This document shows positions 27,137 to 38,856 of a stretch of DNA of 64,000 bases, one piece after another. Origin of the DNA: Candidatus Dormiibacterota bacterium (GTDB lineage Bacteria; Chloroflexota; Dormibacteria; Aeolococcales; Aeolococcaceae); the NCBI GenBank assembly GCA_963819095.1, contig CAWFUO010000012.1, positions 145,701-209,700 of the forward strand, written 5' to 3'. Each line of letters starts with the position of its first letter. Position 1 is the stretch's first letter. A program made the translations under genes and the position numbers. The notes below the pieces were generated by a model that was given only the letters and a program-made list of their open reading frames with translations, did no database searches and was not told where the DNA came from.

Positions 27137-29831
27137 CGGACGCAGCGCCCTTCAGTTCAGGACGCGTCCCGACGGGGACAGCCTCGGGAGCCGGCGCCGC
27201 GACGTCCGCCGGGGCGACCCGGCGGACCAGGCCGAAGGGGGTCTGCTCGTCCGACTGGCCGAGCGGGTTATCGGCAATCATGGCCAGAACGGACTCGGCG
27301 TCGATTCCTACCGACGCGAACACCTCGGCCGCCATGTCGTTGGCGTCGATGATCGCGACGCCGACACGGCGTCCCGTACGCCGGCGCAGGTCGGCGGCGA
27401 TGCGCAGCGCCGCACCCGGCGCATCCTCCGGTGATTTGGTCGCCCACCTGTCGTAGGGCGGAAGGTTCAGCGACGAGGGGCCGTCGATCGCGTTGACCCC
27501 ATGCCCCGCCACACGATAGAAGACGCCGCGCATGCCCAGCGGCTTGGTGACCGCGGCCGCGGCGGCAGCCAGCAGGATCCGCCCGGCACCAGCCTCGTCG
27601 ATGGCCAGTTGCATCGTGGTCGGATGGGCGAGACCGACACCGGTCGGCTCGTGGCTCACATAGCGTGAGAGCACGCGCGCCGTCCTCGACACCGCGATCT
27701 CGTCGATGGGGAACGAGCGACCCTGGCTGATGGCCAGTGCCTTCTCGCTGACCAGCAGGACATCGCCGTCCTCGACGGTGATCTCGTTGGGCAGGCGTTC
27801 GAGGCTGGCGCCGATCGCCTCGAGCAGATCGTCGCCCGGCTTGATGAGCGTCGATCGCAGCGGGAACCGCGCCCAGATCCGTCCCCTGTCCTCGAGGAAC
27901 AGGTGCCGGCCCCAGTTGAGGTGCGCGCCGTCGAGGAGCGCGTCGCCGTTGGCGATCTTCTTCGCCGCCGCGCGATCGCCACGGCGGACGAAGCCGCCCT
28001 CGTAGCTGTGCTCGTCGAGCGCGCGCGTCTTGCCGTCGATGTAGACACGCAGCCACACCTCCGCGTTGACGGCGCGCCAGAAGAACATCGACTCCTCGAC
28101 CTCACCGGCGCACGCTCGCCGGAAATTCTCCGCGACCGCCGCGGCTTTCCAGTACGGACGGGCGCGAAACGACGGTGAGCGCATCAGGCTCTGCAGCACC
28201 GCGCGCTGCCGCCGGTACCAGCGGAACTCCGGAGTGGTGAATCCGATCTTCTTGCGCCGCGCCTCGACCTTGCGCGGCAGCACACCATGCAATGCCTGGC
28301 GCACGATGGCGCGTGTCCACCCGTTGTGGATGATCGCGGTTCGCGGCAGCGTGAGGATGTAGTCCACCAGCTCCTGGTCGAGGTAGGGCAGGCGGGCCTC
28401 GAGCGAATGCGCCATCGAGGCGCGATCCTCATAGCGCAACAGCGGGGGCAGGCTGTAGGTGCGGAAGTCCTGGAGCAGGCGGCGCTTGAGGTCGTCGGCC
28501 ACGCGGTCGTCATGCGGCGCCCTGCGCCCTCGCGTGAATGACGGCGAGAGCATCCCCGCGACGTCGACCCGCTGACCGCGCTCACGCAGACGCCGGCGCA
28601 CCAGCGGGGTGACGATGTCGCGGAGCAACCATGCCTCACGCGCGAACTCCGCATATCTGCGTTCACGGAGGAGTTGACGAAGCAGCACATACGGGTAGTG
28701 GTCATATCCCGCCAGCAGCTCGTCACCGGCCTGACCGTCGAGCGTGACCGTGACCTGCCGCCTGGCAAGGCGCATCACCATCCACATCGCGAACGGCGCC
28801 GACGACACCATCGGCTCCTCCATGTACCAGACCCACGCTTCGAGCTCGCGGATGAAGTCCTGGTCGGTGGGCTGCACCTGGCTGTTGTCGGCGCCGGTCA
28901 CCTTGAGCACGCTGTCGATGTAGGTGCTCTCGTCGATGCGGTCACCGGGGAACACCGCCGAGAACGTCTTCAGGCGGTCGCCGAGCGACTCGGTGTCGCG
29001 AACATGGTCGTGCAGCTGCTGCGCCATCACCGTGCAGATGGACGATGAGTTGAGTCCGCCGCTCAGGCAGATGCCGACCGGGACGTCGGCGACGAGCCGG
29101 CGCTGCACCGCGCGCTCGAACACGGCACGGAATGCCTCAGGGCTCGCATCGCCGTCCTCCGAGAGCTGCGGCGTCCAGTACGTCGACTCGGCGATCGTGC
29201 TGCCCTCGATGACGGCGAATGCTGCGGCAGGAACCTGGCGGATGCCGCGAAAGAACGTGCCGTCGTTGTGGTCGAAGAGGCCGAAGCGAAGGTATTCGTA
29301 CATCTGCTGCTCATCGACCTCGCGCGGGAACGTCTCGTCCTGGAGGATCGCCTTGATCTCCGAGGCAAAGACGACGCGCCCGCGGTGGCGCGCGTAGAAC
29401 AGCGGCTTGATGCCGAAGTGGTCGCGCGCCAGCACGAGCCGCGGCGTCGTGCTGCGCTCGTCGAGAATCGCGAGCCCCCACATGCCGTTGAAGCGGCGGA
29501 AGCAGTCGGTTCCCCACTCCGCGTACGCGTGCAGCACCACCTCGGTGTCGCACGCCGTCTGGAACGTGTGTCCCAATGCCTCGAGCTCGACTCGCAGCTC
29601 GCGAAAGTTGTAGACCTCGCCGTTGTAGACGATCTGGAGCCGGCCATCGTCCATCGACATCGGCTGCGCACCGTGCTCGAGATCGATGATGCTGAGGCGC
29701 CGGAACCCGAGCGACGCGGTGGCATCCTCGAAGTGACCGTCATCGTCCGGACCGCGATGCCGGAGCGAGATGGTCATCAGCTCGAGCAAGGCGCGGTCCG
29801 GCGGACCCCAGAAACCGGCTATCCCGCACAC
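27126..29831 (-). CDS. asparagine synthetase (glutamine-hydrolysing) fused to a C-terminal CofE-like (F420-0:gamma-glutamyl ligase-like) domain, 901 aa
   Basis: N-terminal MCGIAG Ntn-amidotransferase and SGGLNSS PP-loop synthetase domains (~620 aa). A ~280-aa C-terminal extension follows, with GDVLLVSEKALAISQGR and IIDANDMAAEVFASVG resembling the CofE fold. Confidence 0.8.
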   Translation of the reverse strand: MCGIAGFWGPPDRALLELMTISLRHRGPDDDGHFEDATASLGFRRLSIIDLEHGAQPMSMDDGRLQIVYNGEVYNFRELRVELEALGHTFQTACDTEVVLHAYAEWGTDCFRRFNGMWGLAILDERSTTPRLVLARDHFGIKPLFYARHRGRVVFASEIKAILQDETFPREVDEQQMYEYLRFGLFDHNDGTFFRGIRQVPAAAFAVIEGSTIAESTYWTPQLSEDGDASPEAFRAVFERAVQRRLVADVPVGICLSGGLNSSSICTVMAQQLHDHVRDTESLGDRLKTFSAVFPGDRIDESTYIDSVLKVTGADNSQVQPTDQDFIRELEAWVWYMEEPMVSSAPFAMWMVMRLARRQVTVTLDGQAGDELLAGYDHYPYVLLRQLLRERRYAEFAREAWLLRDIVTPLVRRRLRERGQRVDVAGMLSPSFTRGRRAPHDDRVADDLKRRLLQDFRTYSLPPLLRYEDRASMAHSLEARLPYLDQELVDYILTLPRTAIIHNGWTRAIVRQALHGVLPRKVEARRKKIGFTTPEFRWYRRQRAVLQSLMRSPSFRARPYWKAAAVAENFRRACAGEVEESMFFWRAVNAEVWLRVYIDGKTRALDEHSYEGGFVRRGDRAAAKKIANGDALLDGAHLNWGRHLFLEDRGRIWARFPLRSTLIKPGDDLLEAIGASLERLPNEITVEDGDVLLVSEKALAISQGRSFPIDEIAVSRTARVLSRYVSHEPTGVGLAHPTTMQLAIDEAGAGRILLAAAAAAVTKPLGMRGVFYRVAGHGVNAIDGPSSLNLPPYDRWATKSPEDAPGAALRIAADLRRRTGRRVGVAIIDANDMAAEVFASVGIDAESVLAMIADNPLGQSDEQTPFGLVRRVAPADVAAPAPEAVPVGTRPELKGAASDGR

Positions 29832-29953
29832 GTCAGCGGATCGCCGGCGTCAATGGTGGTCGGTGCATGACCATCGCAACGGTACGACACCAACGAAGGT
29901 CACGGACATGCGCCGCGGCCCGACCAGGATGGGACGGGGGTATATGCCCGACC

Positions 29954-31609
29954 CTAGAAATCCATGTCGTCGTCGTCCATGCCCATCCCGCCACCGCCAC
30001 CGTGTGAGTGGCCGCCTCCTGCGGCGGCCTCGTCCGGCTCCGGCGCATCGGCGATCAGCGCGTCGGTGCTGAGCACGATGGTGGCGATCGATGTCGCATG
30101 GACCAACGCCGACACGACCACCTTGGTCGGGTCGATGATCCCGTTCTTGGTGAGATCCCCGTAGGTTTCGGTGGCCGCGTCGAACCCGTGGTCGCCCTTG
30201 GCTCCGAGCACCTCGTTGACCACGACCTGGCCTTCGAGACCGGCGTTCTCGGCGATGATGCGCAGCGGCTCGCGAAGCGCCCTGGCGACGATGTCGGCGC
30301 CGACCCGTGCACTGCCCTCGAGCTTGAGCGCCTCCACCGCGGGGATCGCGCGCAACAGCGCGACGCCACCGCCGACGACCACTCCTTCCTCGATCGCCGC
30401 CCGTGTGGCCGCAAGCGCATCCTCGACGCGCGACTTGCGCTCCTTCATCTCGACTTCGGTGGCCGCGCCGACCTTGATCACCGCGACCCCACCGGTGAGG
30501 CGCGCGAGCCGCTCCTGGAGCTTCTCGCGATCCCAGTCGGACGTGGTCTCCTCCATCTGCAGGCGGATCTCCTCGGTGCGACCCTCGATGGCGGACTTCG
30601 AACCACCACCGCGAACGATCGTGGTGTCGTCCTTGGTGACCGTCACCCGCCCGGCGCTGCCGAGCTGGTCGTCACGCGTCGCGTCGAGGCGCAGACCGGT
30701 CTTCTCACTGATGACGGTCGCCCCGGTGAGCACCGCGATGTCCTGGAGCATGGCCTCGCGCCGCTCCCCGAACGCGGGAGCTTTGACCGCCATCACGCTG
30801 AAGGTGCCGCGGGCGCGGTTGACGACCAGCGTCGCCAGGGCCTCGGCCGTGACGTCCTCGGCCACGATGAGCAGCGGCCGGCCCGCGCGCATCACCAGCT
30901 CGAGGCTCGGCAGCAGATCGGCGACCGACGAGATCTTGGCATCCGTGACCAGAACTCGCGCGTCGTTGAGCACGGACTCCATGTTCTGCAGGTCGGTGAC
31001 CAGGTGCGCCGAGATGTACCCGCGGTCGAACTGCATCCCTTCGACGACCTCGACCTCGGTCTCGATGCCGGTGCCGTCCTCGACCGAGACGACGCCTTCC
31101 TTGCCCACCTTGTCGAAGGCGTCGGCGATCATCGCGCCGATGACGTCGTCGCCCGAGCTGATGGTGGCCACGCGCAGGATGTCGTCGCCGCCCTTGACCG
31201 GGTGCGAGCGCGCGCGGATCGACTCCACGGCTGTGTCGCACGCGGCCATCATGCCGCGGCGCAGCTCGTTGGGCGGCGCGCCCGCCGCGAGGTTCCGCAG
31301 GCCTTCGTCGAGCATCGCCCGGGCGAGCACCGTTGCGGTGGTGGTGCCGTCGCCCGCGATGTCGTTGGTCTTGATCGCCACTTCCTTGAGCAGCTGCGCG
31401 CCCATGTTCTCGAAGTGATCCTCGAGCTCGAGCTCACGCGCGATCGTCACCCCGTCATTGCTGATCAGGGGTGGGCCGAACTTCTTGTCAAGAACGACCG
31501 TGCGACCGCGTGGTCCGAGTGTCACCGCGACGGTGTCGGCGACGATCGCCGCGCCGCGTGCGAGCGCCGCGCGTGCGGGCGCCTCGAAGCGAAGCTGCTT
31601 TGCTGCCAT
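29954..31609 (-). CDS. groL: chaperonin GroEL
   Basis: 551 aa. AAVEEGVVVGGGVALL and the C-terminal GGM repeat ...GGGGGMGMDDDDMDF. Confidence 0.97.
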   Translation of the reverse strand: MAAKQLRFEAPARAALARGAAIVADTVAVTLGPRGRTVVLDKKFGPPLISNDGVTIARELELEDHFENMGAQLLKEVAIKTNDIAGDGTTTATVLARAMLDEGLRNLAAGAPPNELRRGMMAACDTAVESIRARSHPVKGGDDILRVATISSGDDVIGAMIADAFDKVGKEGVVSVEDGTGIETEVEVVEGMQFDRGYISAHLVTDLQNMESVLNDARVLVTDAKISSVADLLPSLELVMRAGRPLLIVAEDVTAEALATLVVNRARGTFSVMAVKAPAFGERREAMLQDIAVLTGATVISEKTGLRLDATRDDQLGSAGRVTVTKDDTTIVRGGGSKSAIEGRTEEIRLQMEETTSDWDREKLQERLARLTGGVAVIKVGAATEVEMKERKSRVEDALAATRAAIEEGVVVGGGVALLRAIPAVEALKLEGSARVGADIVARALREPLRIIAENAGLEGQVVVNEVLGAKGDHGFDAATETYGDLTKNGIIDPTKVVVSALVHATSIATIVLSTDALIADAPEPDEAAAGGGHSHGGGGGMGMDDDDMDF

Positions 31610-31615
31610 GTCTGC

Positions 31616-31927
31616 TTATTTCTTGCCGTTCTTCTCGACGACCGCGAGGATGTCCTTCTCCCCGAGGATCAGGTACTCGACGTCATCGATCTTGACTTCG
31701 CTGCCGGCGTACTTCGCGTACATCACGCGGTCGCCAACCTTGACGTCCAGGGGGACACGAACCCCGGTCTGCTCGTTGTAGCGGCCGTTGCCCGCTGCCT
31801 CGATGATGCCTTCCTGGGGCTTCTCCTTGGCGGTGTCGGGCAGCAGGATGCCGCTCTTGGTCATCTCGTCACGCTCGACCGGTTTGACAACGACACGATC
31901 GGCGAGGGGGCGCAACTTGAGGGACAT
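31616..31927 (-). CDS. groS: co-chaperonin GroES
   Basis: 103 aa, [12 protein letters not shown]... Confidence 0.95.
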   Translation of the reverse strand: MSLKLRPLADRVVVKPVERDEMTKSGILLPDTAKEKPQEGIIEAAGNGRYNEQTGVRVPLDVKVGDRVMYAKYAGSEVKIDDVEYLILGEKDILAVVEKNGKK

Positions 31928-31943
31928 GGGACCTCCTGGATTC

Positions 31944-31993
31944 TTAGCACTCTTGGTGGGTGACTGCTAACACTCTACCTAACTGAGTGCCAA
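31944..31993. promoter_or_regulatory. CIRCE (HrcA operator) upstream of groES, two overlapping copies
   Basis: TTAGCACTC-N9-GACTGCTAA (one mismatch to TTAGCACTC-N9-GAGTGCTAA), followed by CTAACACTC-N9-GAGTGCCAA. Confidence 0.7.
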
Positions 31994-32027
31994 CCATGCA
32001 AGCCGCAGCCCCGAATCCGGAGGGTCG

Positions 32028-32876
32028 TTACACGGCGAGGGCGGGATCTGAGGGCGGCCTGGGCGCAGGCCGGCGGGCGGGGCGGAGGAAGAGCGTGAGT
32101 CCCACAGCCAGGAAGACCGCCCAGACCACCGCCTGGATCACGGTGGGCGCGGCGCTGTAGCCCACCAGCCCATGGAGGACGTCCCCCACGCCGGTGTCGT
32201 CCGGGAGCGTCCCGCTCATGTTCCAGAGGGTTGCCGAGGCGCCGGGGAGGACGTTGAGCTCCTGGAGGTTCTGGACGAAGTCGGCGAGCAGGCCGGCGGC
32301 GACCACCATCAGCAGGCTGCCGACGATGGCGAAGAAGCGTCCGAGATTGAGCCGGAGCCCCACCCGGAACATCGCGTAGCTCACCCCGAGCGCGATCGCC
32401 AGGCCGATGACGGCCCCGATCACGAGCTGGAAGGGCGAGCTCGTGTACGCGATCGCGAGCAGGAAGATCACCGTCTCGACGGCCTCGCGCCCGACGGTCA
32501 CGAAGGCAACGAGACCGAGCGCGATGCCGGAGCCGCCTTTCACGGCACCCGCGACCTTCTCACGCAACTCGCGGCCCATGTTGCGGCTGTGATGCCGCAT
32601 CCAGAACGTCATGTAGGTGAGGACCGACACTGCGACCGCAAACACGACCGTCTCGAACCACGTCTGGCCGGTCGAATCGATGTATCCGCCGCCGTGGAGG
32701 AGGATCCAGAGCAGGATGCCCGCGGCGGTGGCCAGCACGACGGCCGCCCCGGCGCCGACGAAGATGTACCGGAAGAGATCGCGCCGGCCCGCTGAGGCGA
32801 GATAGGTGAGCAGGATCGAGCAGATGAGCGTGCCCTCGAGGCCCTCCCTCGCAAAGATCAGCAGGCTTCCGAGCAT
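32028..32876 (-). CDS. efeU: FTR1/EfeU-family high-affinity iron permease
   Basis: Two REGLE/REAVE motifs (FAREGLEG, GREAVET). Multi-TM hydrophobic profile. Confidence 0.8.
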   Translation of the reverse strand: MLGSLLIFAREGLEGTLICSILLTYLASAGRRDLFRYIFVGAGAAVVLATAAGILLWILLHGGGYIDSTGQTWFETVVFAVAVSVLTYMTFWMRHHSRNMGRELREKVAGAVKGGSGIALGLVAFVTVGREAVETVIFLLAIAYTSSPFQLVIGAVIGLAIALGVSYAMFRVGLRLNLGRFFAIVGSLLMVVAAGLLADFVQNLQELNVLPGASATLWNMSGTLPDDTGVGDVLHGLVGYSAAPTVIQAVVWAVFLAVGLTLFLRPARRPAPRPPSDPALAV

Positions 32877-32920
32877 CGCCGCGGCTCTCCTGGACAGAAC
32901 GGATGGCGCCTAATCGCCGG

Positions 32921-32939
32921 TTAGGTTAGCCTAACCTAA
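32921..32939. promoter_or_regulatory. IdeR/DtxR iron box
   Basis: TTAGGTTAGCCTAACCTAA is a perfect 19-bp palindrome matching the actinobacterial iron-box consensus. It lies ~45 nt upstream of the efeU start and overlaps the ideR stop. Confidence 0.85.
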
Positions 32940-33626
32940 CGTCCCGGAGGAGACTCGACCCACACGGCCGAGGCCGTGGACTTGTCGATCTGAAACTCTC
33001 CTTTGCCGGCCTGGAGCTGCCATCCGTCGGCCGACCTCGCCACGACGCCGACCTCGATGCCCGGGATGATCCCGCGCTGGTCGAGGATGTGGAGCAGCTG
33101 CGGCGCCTCGTGCTCGGCAACTTCCGAGATCCGGGCGACCCGCGCGTGCTCGCCGTCGGCGAGATCCACGAGCCGCACCAGACGGCGGCCCTCGGGCGGC
33201 GTTCGCCCGGGGATGACGTTGCCGTGCGGGCAGGTGGTCGGTCTGCCGAGCTGGTCGTCAAGCCGGTCGAGCACGACGTCCGACATCCCATGGGTGAGCT
33301 GCGCCGCCTCGAGATCCGCGGTCGCCCAGTCGAGGCCCAGGACGTCGGTCATCCACCGCTCGACGATGCGGTGGCGGCGGACGATCCGCGCCGCAGCCTG
33401 GGCACCGGAGTCGGTGAGCTCCACGGACCTGTCCGCGGCGATGCGGATCAGCCCGTCGCGGGCGAGCCGCTGCAGTGAGACTGTCACCGTCGGTGCGCTG
33501 ACGCCGAGCCACTCGGCGAGCCGGCCCGGACGCGGCACCTCGCCCTCGTGCTCGATGTAGTAGATGGCCTCGAGGTACCGCTCGGTGGTCTCCGATCGCT
33601 GCAGAGAGGGCTCCGAATCGCTCATG
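32936..33626 (-). CDS. ideR: iron-dependent repressor, DtxR/IdeR family with C-terminal SH3-like domain
   Basis: RYLEAIYYIEHEG N-terminal HTH, metal-site residues and C-terminal FeoA-like domain. Start taken at MSDSEPS. Confidence 0.85.
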
Positions 33627-33653
33627 CGGCACGGGGGCTCATACGGAAGGAAT

Positions 33654-34700
<1,047 letters not shown>

Positions 34701-35367
34701 CCGACCCCGGCCACGTCGAGACCGTTGAGGATCGCCATGAACGCGCGCTTGAACTCCGGCGCGTGGATGCTGTCGCTCCACATGATCACCGCGTCCTCGC
34801 CGTTGTCCGTGTAGTACCCGCGCCGGCGGCCGATCGCCTTGAAACCGAAGCGTTCGTAGAGGCGGATGGCGTGGTCGTTGGTGTCGCGAACCTCGAGCGT
34901 GATCCAGCGCGCGCCGAGCGCATAGGCCCGCTGCACCAGGGCCGCGAAGAGCACGGTGCCGTAGCCCTTGGAGTGATCGCCCGCACGCACGCCGATGGTG
35001 GTGACGTGCGCCTCCAGCGCGACGCGCCAGAGCCCCGCGTAGCCCACGATGTCGCCGTTCTGGCGGAGCACGATGTACGACGCCTGGCGGTTCTGCGAGA
35101 GCTCGCTCGCGTATGCATTCTTCGGCCACGGGGACGAGAAGACCTGGCGCTCGATCGCCTGCACGGCAGCGATGTCTTCGTAGCGCATCGGCTCGACGGA
35201 GAGGCGAGGAACGACCTGCATGAATACCCTGAAAACATTGATCGGGACGGGCGTCTTCATCATAACCGCGCCATTTGGAAGTCGGCGGGTGCGCGTGACA
35301 GATGTCATGTCACATCCCTGACCCGCCTCACTATCGGCGGCGCCCGGTGCGCCCTCACGCTGGGCAC

Positions 35368-36312
<945 letters not shown>

Positions 36313-37068
36313 TTGGAGACCAGCCACATGCTCAAGTACCTCGGCCTCGAGATCCGGCGCTCGCTGCGCGACCGCCGCTACCTGCTCCTTGTCGCCGGCT
36401 GGCCGGTGGCGGCGTACCTGCTCTTCTCCACCGTCTTCGGTGCAGCCGCCAACCGGACCGAGGGGCTGTCGCCCACGGTCGAGATCATGGTCGCGATGGC
36501 GTCGTTCGGTGCCATGGGTGGTGTGCTCCTGGCGTCCGGTCCCCGGCTCGCCCTGGACCGCCAGCTGGGCTGGATGCGCCAGCTTCGACTCACGCCGCTC
36601 TCGCCGGCGCGCATCCTGGCCGCGCAACTCATCGCCGCGATGGCGCTGAGCCTTCCGGCGATCATCCTCACCTTCGTCACCGCGGTCCTCGTCAAAGGAG
36701 TCACGCTGCCGCTCTGGGAGTGGCCGCTCCTGGTGCTGCTCATCGCCGCCGGTTGCCTGCCGTTCGCCGCGATCGGCATCCTCGTCGGCACCATCGCCGA
36801 TGGTGATGGCGCCCAGGGACTCACCATGGTGCTGTACCTCGTCCTCTCGGCACTCGGCGGGCTGTGGATGCCGGTGCAGATCCTGCCGTCGGCGCTGCAG
36901 ACCGTCGCCAAGACGCTGCCCTCGTACCACCTCGCCCAGCTCGGCTGGCATATCGCTCGCGGGGTCGCACCGACTTTCGGCGATGCCGCCGTTCTCCTGG
37001 CCTGGTTTACCGGCGCCGCCCTGCTCGCCGTCGCGGCCTCGCGCCGGTTGACGCTGCGCACCGCGTGA
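36313..37068 (+). CDS. ABC-2 family transporter permease
   Basis: 6-TM hydrophobic profile immediately after the ATPase. Confidence 0.75.
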   Translation: METSHMLKYLGLEIRRSLRDRRYLLLVAGWPVAAYLLFSTVFGAAANRTEGLSPTVEIMVAMASFGAMGGVLLASGPRLALDRQLGWMRQLRLTPLSPARILAAQLIAAMALSLPAIILTFVTAVLVKGVTLPLWEWPLLVLLIAAGCLPFAAIGILVGTIADGDGAQGLTMVLYLVLSALGGLWMPVQILPSALQTVAKTLPSYHLAQLGWHIARGVAPTFGDAAVLLAWFTGAALLAVAASRRLTLRTA

Positions 37069-37141
37069 GGCTGGCATAGCATCGTGCCCATGGCCGGCGA
37101 GCTCGAGTTCGACACGGCAGATCGGCGGACGCGACAACCTG

Positions 37142-38245
37142 ATGTGGCCGATTCCCACAGTTGCCCGCCTCGGGTGGGCCGCGATCTGGCTCGTCTTCCT
37201 CGGCTACCCCATTGCCGACATCATCGGCGCCGGGTACTCGCCGACCAAGGCCGTCATCGCCTGGACCTGCCTGGTCGCGTTCGCTGCCACATACCTCTTC
37301 GCCATGTGGATCTGCCTGTCATTGGTCCCTCGGGTCGCGACCGGCGTGCTGCTCGTGCCGCTGGCGGCGCTCTTTGTGGAAGGGGTCACGCTCGCCCTGG
37401 TCTTCCGTGGAGAGTGGAGTGGAGTCCTCGTGTATTGCGGTGTCTGCGCGGGCTGGACACTCCGCTGGCGCTTCCTCATCCCGGTGCTCTTCGCGCTCGG
37501 CGCTTTCATGGTCGTCTCGGGAGCGATCCTCGGTTATGCCTGGGCGGACCTCGGTTTCCTCAGCTTCCTCACGGTCGCGCTCGGCTTCACGATGCTCGCG
37601 TTCCGCCGCCTCATCGCGACGGTGATCGAGCTCCGCACCGCACGCGCCGAGGTGGCGCGCCTCGCCACGTCGGATGAGCGCCTGCGCATCTCCCGCGATG
37701 TTCATGACATTCTTGGCCACAGCCTGTCGGTGATCGCGCTCAAGGCGCAGGTTGCGCGCCGCCTGATGCACTCGGATCCCGATGCCGCCGCCGAGGCGAT
37801 CGGCGACGTCGAGTCGGTTGCGCGCGAGTCGCTCGCCGAGGTGCGCGCGATGGTCACGGGCTACCGGCAGCGCTCGCTCGCCGACGAGCTGCAGGGTGCG
37901 CGCGACGTGCTCGACGCCGCCGGGATTGCCCTGGAGGTGACCCGCGACAGCGCCGTTCCCGCCGCACCTGTCGACAGCCTGCTCGCCTGGACGGTGCGCG
38001 AGGGTGTCACCAACGTGCTGCGCCACAGCCGTGCGCATCGGTGCGAGATCTCACTCGAGTCCGGCAACGGCGGATTCACGGTCGCGATCATCGACGACGG
38101 CGTCGGCGGCGTTGCCAGCGCGGGCGGCAGCGGGTTGCACGGCCTGCGCGAGCGCGTGGGCGCCGCGGGCGGCCGCGTCGAGGCCGGACCCGGCGAGCGC
38201 GGTGGATTCCGCCTGCAGGCCTACGTTCCTCGAGCCGCGACGTGA
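37142..38245 (+). CDS. sensor histidine kinase (HisKA_3 / DesK-LiaS type)
   Basis: N-terminal TM helices. ERLRISRDVHDILGHSLSVIALKAQ H-box. HATPase motifs GVTNVLRHS and DDGVGG. Confidence 0.85.
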   Translation: MWPIPTVARLGWAAIWLVFLGYPIADIIGAGYSPTKAVIAWTCLVAFAATYLFAMWICLSLVPRVATGVLLVPLAALFVEGVTLALVFRGEWSGVLVYCGVCAGWTLRWRFLIPVLFALGAFMVVSGAILGYAWADLGFLSFLTVALGFTMLAFRRLIATVIELRTARAEVARLATSDERLRISRDVHDILGHSLSVIALKAQVARRLMHSDPDAAAEAIGDVESVARESLAEVRAMVTGYRQRSLADELQGARDVLDAAGIALEVTRDSAVPAAPVDSLLAWTVREGVTNVLRHSRAHRCEISLESGNGGFTVAIIDDGVGGVASAGGSGLHGLRERVGAAGGRVEAGPGERGGFRLQAYVPRAAT

Positions 38246-38847
38246 TCCGCGTTCTCATCGCCGAGGACCAGGGGATGGTCCGCGGCGCGCTCGCCACGCT
38301 GCTCGCATTGGAGGACGACATCGACGTGGTTGCGCAGTGCTCGCGCGGCGATGAGGTGGTCGCCGCCGCGACGGCCGCGCATGCCGACGTTGCACTGCTC
38401 GACATCGAGATGCCCGGACTCGACGGGCTCAAAGCCGCAGGCCTCCTCCACCAGGCGCTGCCCGACTGCACGATTATCATCCTCACCACATTCGGCAGGC
38501 CCGGGTATCTGCGCCGCGCCATGGAGGCGGGAGCCACCGGGTTCGTGGTCAAGGACGGCCCCGCGGATCAGCTTGCGGTGTCCATTCGGCGCGCCGTCGC
38601 AGGCGAGCGGGTCATCGACACCGCGCTCGCCGCCGCTGCGCTGAGTGACGGTTCCAACCCACTCACGCCGCGCGAGCGCGACGTGCTGCACGCCGCGTCG
38701 GGCGGCGCAACCATCGCGACCATCGCCACCTCGATGTTCCTGTCACAGGGGACCGTGCGCAACTACCTGTCGTCCGCGATTCAGAAGACGGGTGCGCGCA
38801 ACCGCCTCGAGGCCGTGCGCACCGCCGAGCAGCACGGCTGGTTGTAG
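38242..38847 (+). CDS. response regulator, NarL/LuxR family
   Basis: IRVLIAEDQ...LLDIEMPGLDG receiver. C-terminal LuxR HTH (LTPRERDVL...). GTGA overlap with the kinase stop. Confidence 0.85.
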   Translation: MIRVLIAEDQGMVRGALATLLALEDDIDVVAQCSRGDEVVAAATAAHADVALLDIEMPGLDGLKAAGLLHQALPDCTIIILTTFGRPGYLRRAMEAGATGFVVKDGPADQLAVSIRRAVAGERVIDTALAAAALSDGSNPLTPRERDVLHAASGGATIATIATSMFLSQGTVRNYLSSAIQKTGARNRLEAVRTAEQHGWL

Positions 38848-38856
38848 CCCGGACCG

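Noticed and set aside
30008-31963. 651-aa plus-strand ORF
   Set aside because: Antisense to groEL/groES, which are unambiguous.
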